Source of the DNA: Octopus sinensis
Taxonomy: Eukaryota
Assembly (NCBI RefSeq): GCF_006345805.1
Contig: NC_043005.1
Span: forward strand, 69,440,001 to 69,504,000
Length of the DNA: 64,000 nt
Reading direction: 5' to 3'
Part shown: positions 53,993-64,000 of the stretch, in pieces
Numbering within the stretch: position 1 is the stretch's first letter
How the letters are laid out: the number at the start of each line of letters is the position of its first letter
Translations under genes and position numbers: made by a program
The notes under the pieces: model-generated
What the model was told of the DNA's origin: nothing
Database searches by the model: none
Seen by the model: the letters and a program-made list of their open reading frames with translations, nothing else

Positions 53993-54622
53993 AATACACA
54001 CGAATTGTACATGTCATTATGTTTACTTCAATGCCTGAGCTTTATATATTTTTTCTGCGGTATTACACTATACCTTCCATTTCTTGCTGCAGGACTTTAC
54101 CGTAATATCTCTTCAGCTTATCACTCTCATAATCTCTCTCAATCACAAGTTGGCTTCTTCTATCAGGAGACAAGATGGACCAATGTCAAATGAACAATGC
54201 GTGAAATTCCAGTCTATATTCTTCAGTAAATGACTTATAGGATATTTAGATTTTAGATTCATTCAGTGTGAAGGACCTCAGCTTTTGATTGAAACTAATT
54301 AGATTGCTACGTACTTTTCTCTGAAACGGAAATGGCTAACACCAGCTTGAACACAATTTCATTTGAAAAGAATTTCTTTGAGAAATGGCAAATACATTTC
54401 TTTACTTTAGCTTAATCTATGTGATCTTTTTATGAAGATCATGTATTCGTTACACTTCCTCCAGATCCCCTGTGTGTATGTGCGTATATATATATATATA
54501 TATATATATATGTAAATATACATGCGTGTTTGTGTATATATAAATACGTATATATTATATATATATATAAAATATATATGTATGCATATATAAATATATA
54601 TATATATATGTACATATAAATG

Positions 54623-54669
<47 letters not shown>

Positions 54670-54671
<2 letters not shown>

Positions 54672-55315
54672 TCAAGGAAGAGACAAAATTATACACACTT
54701 CCTTTTTACAATGTATTTACACAACAGTAGGGACAAGATGCACTTGGTCAAGCGATCCACAAGCTTGCGCATTCTCTCCAAGAAGAAGGATTTTGATTGG
54801 GCGTGCAACAATATATACAACGCTTGTTTCACATCTTCATCCGTAGGAAGTCGACTACCTCGTACAGTCCAAAGATATGATAATCGCAAGAGGCGGAATC
54901 TGAGTTGTAGGCAAGATTTTCTAGCACCTCAAAACCCAATTGGTTAATGGTTATAACGGTCTGGTTCGCCGTGTATAGCGCGCATTGTCAGGCAAAAACA
55001 AAATTATCTTTGACAATAGAATTTGGCGTCTGAAAGCTTTATAATTTGGCCAGCAAAGCCATGTATCTTACACTGTTTATCGTACACCCTTTTCCTAGAG
55101 AAATCGGATCACTGCACTTTGTTATTGATGCATATTACTAGTGGAGTGTCAATGATTATACTGCAACGCCCGGAAGAAACATTGGCGCGATCAGGCTCAA
55201 ACGTTGATTACGTGACCTCAATCGTACCAGCTATGAGCACGCTTGCGCAGAAGTCAGTGTGACAATAATAAGGATATGTTATTGCAAAAGTGCCGGTGAC
55301 ATATTACTTCCACTC

Positions 55316-55316
<1 letters not shown>
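54670..55316 (-). mobile_element. Internally deleted, decayed mariner element
   Basis: Minus strand: start-like DTPLVIC..AVIRF, then DNAR, LGFEVLE..CDYHIFG, DEDVKQA..KSFFLERMRKLVDRLTKCI. Ends at a TA. Confidence 0.7.
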
Positions 55317-55369
<53 letters not shown>

Positions 55370-57030
55370 AATTGTAGCGCGTACGGTGTTCATAAGTTAG
55401 TTAACATCTCAGAAAAACCGTTATATTCACTTCAACATTTAAATTTAACCTGCCAAAATATTTTTGTCGCTTTGAAACCGCAAAAATAACTGCAGGGAAA
55501 ATCTATCAAATAAATATTTGTTTTTATAATTTTGAATTTATCGTCGATATGAGATGATAAAAGCTTGTATAATAGAATCATTCTAATTATTACTCACTGT
55601 TATATAATTCATATACACTTTTGCATATGTGTTATTGGTTTACATTTCGGCTCATTTTTTAAGCATCACTATGTGTCTTCTTTTTCATAACATAGTCACA
55701 AGAATGACAGCATCCATTTAGACTCGAAATCAGGCTATACACCATATTAAATTATTTAATTAAATAATGTGTTAAATTGATAAGCCACAACACTTCACAC
55801 CATTGGGTCAAACTGTGAATGACAGCATATTTCAGTTTGCGCTTTTCATTAAAAAATAAACATTCTCTAAAATTCATGATCACAGTTTCATAGGAGAAGC
55901 GTTATGTTATAGCAAATAAGTCACTTCTTAAACTATTCAGTAATAAGCTATTTCCAAAACCCAGGTTTTCCCATCGGATAAGTTTTGATGTTGAAGCATT
56001 TAAATTTGTCAAACTTTAGTTCTAATGTGCATAATTGTTATTCATTTCTCTTTCTATGTATATAATTATATGTATCAGTTCAATACTGGTGTCAGTCTAG
56101 TCGAATTAACCACTACCCAAGCAGTTATATATACATATATAAATATATATTTATATATGTATATATGTATTTATGTATGTATGTACAAATACATATTTAC
56201 AAATGTATGTTTGTGTGTATCTGTAATCATATAAACAGTAAAGACAATGGAAGCCCTTTCTATAGCACCGTATAAAATCTAAATATGATGCTAAGAACTA
56301 TTGAGCGCCATCATATTGAACTTGTTCATGTAGCGCTGTCGTCTATTATATTGCAAGTATTAAAATGATTGTCGTTAATGATGTTTCGTAATTGAAACAT
56401 ACTAATAGCTTTTAGAATATATACACATATAAATACGGTGCAGTGTGTTGTTTCATTATTGTATGTATGCCATATGGAAAAGTAAACAAAAATTCTATTA
56501 GTGGAAATCTTGTGGAATAAGTATAACATGTACTTGAAGAAAATGAAATAGTGAATTTAATACAGATAAGTAAACGTCACGTACATATCGCATTTGTCAA
56601 TCATTTGAATATTATCTGTAGATATTTTGGAACTAGTGTGAAAATATCAATTCACGAAAAAAGAGAAATACGACTTAAAATAATGCAGATAATGTTTAAA
56701 TCTAGTTTAATCTCAGATGAATTCTCGACATTGTAGGAGTTTCATTTAAATAGCAATGTATATATCATTATTGAAAAATTACAAGAATGCTTAACGTATG
56801 CAGTCTTTTAGTATGTGCACTGTTAAGACAATATAGTTTTACTGTATAACCTTTATATTAACCATTACTTTGTCTCAATTTGTAGAACTATATAGAATAG
56901 TAATACAACTCAGAGAAATGTGATATAGAATTGCAGTTTCCCTGTGAATTACTGTTTTTCAACCACTTGAGCGGAAAAACGCGCAATACCATTATTTACA
57001 AATAACTAATCAACTAATTTTTAGATGACC

Positions 57031-57116
57031 TATTATCTATAACCATATATATCTATAACCATATATATATAACCATATAGATATATAACCATATATATTA
57101 TCTATAACCATATATG
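57031..57116. repeat. Minisatellite, five TATAACCATATA-based units
   Basis: Directly visible. Confidence 0.9.
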
Positions 57117-58499
57117 TCTTTATCCGAGCGGTGCTTTAAATCACTTTTGTGTTAGTATCTTTATAAATTTATGACGGATATTGTAAGGTGGTTTTATTTC
57201 CTCTAATACCAAACCGCATTCTTTTACACTTTTTGAACCGTTATTCCTAATTTTTCACCATCATATTTCTACATCCCATATTTTATATTTCACTAAATTA
57301 CCAGTCTGCGTTTACGTTCTCAACCACTACATTGCATCACTTACAGCACACCCAGTCATCAAAATATCCACTATAACCTCAGCCTTTTAAAATTCTAGCT
57401 CTAAAAAACTGTAATTATTTTCGCATCTGAGCGTCATAACTACAATAATTTTCAAACTATTTCAGCTCCTCGACAAAGGAGAAGCAGTTTCTTCTTTATT
57501 ACACTAACAGTAACATGTCTCCTACTAAAAAAAGTAAGCTATAAACTTATTTAACTCCGTACACTATTTTCAAGATATTAGAAGAGTATTAAGTAAGATA
57601 TGCAATGAATGTAAAGAACAATGATTATATTATAGTTCTAAATTGAAAATAAATACAAACGAAATGATGAGTTTCACGGTTATTAACACTGCTAGGAAAT
57701 TACGGGTAACATCGAATGGGATGTATAGAATCGTGTGTAGAGTAATTCAATTCTTTTGTGTAATCAGTTTTATTTGAGAATCCAGGATTATCTTTCTAGT
57801 AACAATTTTGATTAAAATGATAAAAGAATCTAAGTAAAACAATTCTGTCTTAGACACGCTTACATTTGAGTGTGCGTGAAAGCAATTAAGGAGCAATATT
57901 TTTCTGCGAAAATAATTCAATTCACTTATCTTTCGTTAGCATGAATAAATCCTGTTTCACGACACTGAATTAGTATCGAAAACACAAAGCTGTATTATAT
58001 AGCACATAGATGTTGCCGTGAATGATTTAATGCAGTTTGATGTATTCCAAAAATAATTTTTTATGCATTCATATCACTCTTCGTTAGTCAGATATCGATG
58101 TTATACGTACAATTTTTACATTTTAAATATTAGTCATTTCTTCAGTTACGATTCTGTACATTATCTATTGTACGATGTTTTTGCATATAAAAACACTATT
58201 GATAAAAAGTAATAAATTCTCTACATTTTCTGGGTAAACTGTATTAAATATAATCTATGAGTGTCGAAGGACTTGATGACCAACACATATTTGCAGATGT
58301 TTAATGGGCATTGCCTACAAAGGTTTTCAATGTGTTACGGATGTATTATATACAATAAATGATTCAATGAGTGGATACAAAACATTTTTAAACAACCATT
58401 TTAATACTCGGATTTAAGTAACTAAGATAAACAAAGAAATATCCTGCCAGAAAAAATGATCGATATAGAAGGAATTAAATATTGTTTCAAATGTTGATT

Positions 58500-58683
58500 C
58501 AAGTCCAGTAATTTTGGATCAGTGGTATATCGATTACATCGACCTCAATCCTAAATTGGTACTTATTTTATTGATGAAAGGCGAGGTCGACCTCTGTGGA
58601 ATTTGAACTCAGGACATAAAGACGTACGAAATGCCGCTAAGGGTTTGAGCCTGATCGCGCCATTCTGCTAGCCCATCGCCTTA
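58500..58683 (-). mobile_element. SINE family 2 with a 20-bp foreign replacement
   Basis: Reverse-collinear with the other copies (GGAATTTGAACTCAG, GAAATGCCGCTAAG, ATTCTGCTAGC..CGCCTT), except at 58641-58661. Confidence 0.8.
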
Positions 58684-60431
58684 TCGAGGATTTAACTATT
58701 AAGATTTAGACATGGTTGTGCACGTATTTTCAGCTAGTGACTTATTTCAAAACTTTGCTAAGGAATTAGCAAAATTGTTATAGACACATAAAATATTATC
58801 GAGAATATATTTTTGTAATCCATTTACACTTTATGAGTCCTAAAGTCATTTGAAACTGAAGTCCATTGTATTATCTTTTACTACTCTTTTATCGTATAAA
58901 GGCATCTACAATTATTCTATATTCGAAACGTTTGCACATCATTTTCTAACGTACTTTCTCACTGTTACTTGAATGATCATGTACAATGGCCTAGTTTCTT
59001 CAGTTCTCTTCTATTTCAATTCCCATCAGCAGAGCTTTTATCGGGAAGATATCTATTGCGTTTCCAACAATAAAAATAAACCAGTGCATGTCCTGTTCTA
59101 TCACAGCCAACGTATCTACCAGTTTTTTAAGGGATACTGTCTGCCCTTAGCGATTTATTTTTTGTTCGTGGATGATAGAGCCACACTCTAGTTACGTCAC
59201 GTAACGTAATGCATGTTACTGCTTGTGACTACGCTATATAGGATAATTTTGATTTTATGTAATTTCGAATAAAATTTTATTTTCATCTGTGTAATATAAT
59301 GTAACGTACGATCATAGTACATAAAGAACTTGAGGGGGAATTCTAGCTATAAATAGACAAAAAGTGAATTTTCCTACGCACAAAATGAATCTAGATGAAT
59401 AGATTTCTATATGCTATAGATAAAATGACTATAAATATAAAAACACGAATATTGAATAATAAATTATGTACATTTTACACTGGAAGTATGACGTAAAGCA
59501 AAAGGCGCATAAAATTTCAAAGATACCTCAATACATTTCTACGATAAATGTTTGTTTTTATGTATCTATTTATTAATACTTTGTGAGTCTTTATTGAATT
59601 ATGATATGTTATGATATGATTGTAGCAGTGAAAATAATGAATATTGTAGGCGTCACGTTGTAACTCTTCCATAAAGTGATTCAAGAATATTTAAGATGAA
59701 CTTACACCAATGACTGGCTCTCCGAGTTAAATCTATGTAGCATACAAATTCCGCAGGAAGACATGTTTTCTTAAATACTAGCGGGCTATCAGCTTTGTAT
59801 CCAGTATATCTCTTGATCATTTTGTCAGGCACTCTTTTTTATAAAGTTAGTAACTACAATATATTCACATATAACTATATTACTTGTAAATTGATTTCGT
59901 CATATTGGCCCGGCATTTAACAACAAAAATGCATATATTTTATGTTTGCATTATATTTTATATATTTTTGTGTCAGCCTTATCCATATTTTGCATAGTGC
60001 AGACTTCTCTATAACTCAGCCTATGCCATGCAGTTTAAGTTATAAATGCAAGTCTCGTGACATTTTCTTGTTGTTTTTACTTTGTAAAATCAAAACAACA
60101 AACAGGAATGTAAAACTCAAAATATCATGCAAATGTTGCAATGAAAAAATCTGAAAATATTTTTAAAAGGCTCTAATTTTCATGAGAATGAAACACTGAT
60201 GCAAATGTTTCATACCTTATAAAATTTAACGCAAGTAAATGTTGTAAAATGTAAAAATCACCCATGAAAAGGTTTCTTGGGACAACAACCTATCCTGTAT
60301 CGCTCCAAAATTTCTATTTCGATACATGTTAAAAATGGTGTGCATTAATGTACACACTTATACAAACAAAAGATGAAACATTATTCCTATTTAGACGAAC
60401 AGGATTAGATTTATTTAACCACAATTGTTTC

Positions 60432-60492
60432 AAGGCGGTGCTCCAGCTTGGCCACAGTCTAACGTCTGAAACAAGTAAGAGTTAAAAAAATA
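60432..60492 (+). mobile_element. Isolated SINE family 1 / LINE 3' tail
   Basis: AAGGCGGTGCTCCAGCTTGGCCACAGTCTAACGTCTGAAACAAGTAAGAG. Confidence 0.65.
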
Positions 60493-61149
60493 AAATACTC
60501 TCTTAAATTACATATATTTCTGTGAAAGTACTTGAGCAGCATGGAACACTTCATTCCCCTTCACAAAGATGTTTTCTGAGAAATATTGTCACCGAAGTTT
60601 TTTGTGTTTATTTTGATCAACAGTGATTTCCATATGCGAAAGTATGAAAAAATGGATTGATTTATTCATGGAATCCCAATGCAGGGAAATATTTCCCTTA
60701 TTTTACTGTTCAATGTAATTCTCCCAGGGAAATCTAGTTTATGAGATAAAACACTTTATAGAATAGTGTCTAAATAAATCTCATACTTCAATGCATGAAA
60801 ATCACAGAAACATTCATGCATCTATTGTAAATTAGCCCGACTATATTTATCGGTTTCTCATTTATGCAAAATCCAGGCGATGTATTATTGAACTTGCCTC
60901 TGGATTTGAAATATTCTTTGCGATTTCCTGCTTATTTCGGATTATTGCATCAAAATTACAAGGGTTTTATTATGAAATATAATATTCGCTGAATGAGTTT
61001 TGCTTTGAATTTTACTGCACACCATATCTCAAAACATTCATCTCAATGTACTAACCATTGAATTTTACGTAATATATAGGATATAACAATTATTAAATTT
61101 AAACGTTTCACTCTTGTTTTGCGCTTATTGTTAATAACGATATGGATAT

Positions 61150-61194
<45 letters not shown>

Positions 61195-61599
61195 ACACTC
61201 ACACACACAGACACATACATATATAAATGAGGTATGAGAGGGGAATATATTTAATTAACTACTTCATATCCGCTTCATATACAATTACGTTTCGCAATCT
61301 TCATCGTAATATAATTTCCTTGTACGATAAATTATAAAATGAAACATTTTTTAATTATCAGAGTTACTGATTGACTTTTATGGGTAAATTGTTGAAGCTG
61401 GTTACGAATCTGAAGTCTGATTTCCTCTATTAGGTCACATTTGTATGTGAATGATACCAGCTGTTTGACATTATAGGATATGTAAAGTATACTATATAAA
61501 GTATATTGAATACAAGATACGAACATTTCATGGATTTTTATTGTACGATATTGAAATCATTATTTACAAATACGTTAGTATAGCTCAAATGCATAACAA

Positions 61600-62790
61600 C
61601 CTAAAATCTTTAGGATTTGGATTTTCAATGGTGCTTTGTCTCAGGTTCATCCCTGTATAACATCCACCAACAGTAGTCAGTTAACATTCCTGCATTCCAA
61701 AATCCTTTATATCCTTGTTCCATCGATGCCATATATTGATGAAAGCGTTCCCCTTGCTAATCTTGCTCATTAGACACTGCTTCAAGATTCTCTGCAGAAA
61801 CGTCCAGATATGAATCAATGAAATGAACTTTTAGTGACATCCGACAGACAATTTCAACGTAGGAGTCTAGAAGACATTTCACACCCTTTCTAAACTCTAG
61901 AGATCTCTTGTGTAGGAAATTTTCACAGGGCCATATGAAGGATTCCCAGGTTTTAAGCTCAATCTCATCAAGTTCTGGCTGTGAGGAAGTGGTTGTTCTT
62001 CAGGAGTTCTTTTTATCTGCGGATGTATGAATACGCACTCCTTCAGTATTGCCTTGGTGATTTTTGGAAATTTGTCCTTCACATATTCAAAAACTCTTGA
62101 GCTTTTTCCTGGCAGGTGTTTTTACGAATTTTTCCATGAGGCCAAGCTTTATGTGAAGAGGGAGAATAAGATTTTCTGGGTTTAAAAGTGGCTTACACTG
62201 GACGCTAGAACTCCCGGCTCATGATTTTCGCAAAGGCCAATCTGATTGCACATAATGCCTGTTAGTTGCACGACTGTCCCATAGGCATAAAAAGCAACAA
62301 TATTTCGTGAACCCAGATTGCATTCCCATCAACATTCCAATCAGCTTCAAGTCTCTACATATTTTCCAGCTGTAGTTTGTATACTTTATGGCATTGAGGA
62401 GTACTTGCATGTTTTCATAACACTCCTTCATGTGCACTGAATGTCCTAAGGGAATGGATGGTTTCTTATTGTCATTGTGCAGTAGTACTGCCTTGAGGCT
62501 TCTCTTAGAGGAATCAATGATCCATTGGCTATCTCCATATCATAGGTATTGCAAACAGCATTGTTCTCTTCCTATCATTTAGCCAATCCCTTAGCCCATT
62601 TGAACAAGCTGAGCAGATGATGTGCGGGGCCAAACTCTTATTTGGATCCCCAAGAGAGCAGCCAAAGTGTAACTTGTAGATCTTGATTTCACATGTGATG
62701 GCACGTTGCTCAGTTTCGGTGGTAAATGAACTACAGACATGACAAAATATATCAGGAATGTTGTTGCAATGCCTTGGCATCTTGAGTAGG
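61600..62790 (-). mobile_element. Decayed DNA transposase, most consistent with Chapaev3 (CMC superfamily)
   Basis: FCHVCS..FGCSLGDPNKSLAPHIICSAC..FAIPMIWR, DLKLIGMLMGMQSGFTKYCCFLCLWDSRA, PLHIKLGLM, FPKIT..FIHPQIK, MSLKVHF..GERFHQ..YCW. Family recognised from memory; TIRs not confidently located. Confidence 0.7.
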
Positions 62791-63156
62791 ATATGATGAT
62801 GATGATGATGATGACTTGGTAACTTAAACTGATAAAAATTGGTAGTTGACCACTGTTATCTTACATGCCTGTATGAATATGTTTGCTATATAGTGCCCAA
62901 TAAACTTGTGGATTTGCAAATAAATGCAAATCCTTAAACTCGCATGCATGATTAATATACTAAAGTTATTATTACATAATGAGGATTCCGAAACGACCCT
63001 GGGAAAATGAATATATATATCTTTCATGCCTACTGATATAGTGAGAGAGACAGAAGTAGGAAATTACGAGATTCTTTACTGATTACTAAAATGAACGCAG
63101 AGCCTGAACGTGCTTTACCGGTAAACCAACAGGGGTATACAATTTATTAGCATATG

Positions 63157-63215
<59 letters not shown>

Positions 63216-64000
63216 ATAGATAGATAGATAGATATATCGATATATAGATAAAAACTGCGTGTGTATAAGTATGCATGTAGTGTTAAATGCTAAGTATAAT
63301 ATATAGAGAAACTATGAGGACAATATGTAATAAATATGAACTTAGATTAACATGTTCACTACAAGAAAAATAGTTTCAGAATTTCAGCCTTTGCAACTTC
63401 ATCAGAATAAATAGTTGGGTATAAAGTAGAATAATCCATTAAGTTGTGGGAAAGATTCCCGTATGCTCCGTAGCCGTAACGGGGAATTAAGAAGGGAATA
63501 ATAGGCTTGAATATTTACGTAAATATAGAATATAGCCGTAGCATGAAAGGGTTATACGTAGGCTTTTTGTGGATGCGTTAATATTTTAGAAATGTGCAAA
63601 TCCTTAGAGTTGTAATGTAGACTGGGAGGATTTTGTCTGTGCAGATGGCACATGTTTAAAGAAAACCTGAACGTAACGCGGCGAGAGGAGGCGCAAGTGT
63701 GAGTCAAATGGAACGGCAAGATAAATATGTAGTGTTTTATGTTTTACGTGTATAAGGGTAAACGTTTAAGAGGATTTTCAAGAGAGGAACATTTGAATTA
63801 AATAAGGAAAACAAGGTTACAAAAAGTTTGAATTTGTAAGAAAAAAATGTAAAGAAAATTTACAGAAAATTTATAATTACTTTTTCTGAAGGATTTTCTG
63901 AAGGATTTACAAGAAGTTTTAAAATTATTGTGAGATACTTGCTAAAGTATTAAAACACAAATCGAAGATGGGTCTATTGAAAAGCTGAAGCTTATTTGAG

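Noticed and set aside
57031-57116. CRISPR-like array
   Set aside because: A simple eukaryotic minisatellite without unique spacers. There are no cas genes or prokaryotic features anywhere in the window.
63357-63370. CACTACAAGAAAAA, identical to the En/Spm TIR
   Set aside because: No partner TIR, subterminal repeats or transposase to its right within the window. Probably chance.

Overview
AT-rich, microsatellite-dense animal genomic DNA. The SINE and LINE sequences resemble those I recall from octopus (cephalopod), but that assignment is recognition, not a database result. I found no host protein-coding exon I can support; nearly all long ORFs in the track are translated microsatellites. The window is mostly a transposon graveyard. 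It contains a young 5'-truncated R4/Dong-type retrotransposon (restriction-like endonuclease) with an intact 405-aa ORF inside a (TAA)n tract, plus two older Dong relics. It also holds two Penelope (PLE) RT/GIY-YIG relics, many PLE-type minimal hammerhead ribozyme motifs, CR1/L2-group and RTE LINE 3' ends, tRNA-derived SINEs, an IR/DR-type Tc1, an internally deleted mariner and a Chapaev3-like transposase. The most interesting structure is a Penelope 3'/pLTR module made of a tRNA-like Pol III cassette, a (TAA)n tract and a hammerhead motif. It occurs once empty (27345-27716) and once as a fold-back whose TAA tract was hit by the Dong element (9845-11848). A ~555-bp non-coding element also sits in TAA tracts twice. 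Coordinates and alignments were made by eye and may be off by a few bases.
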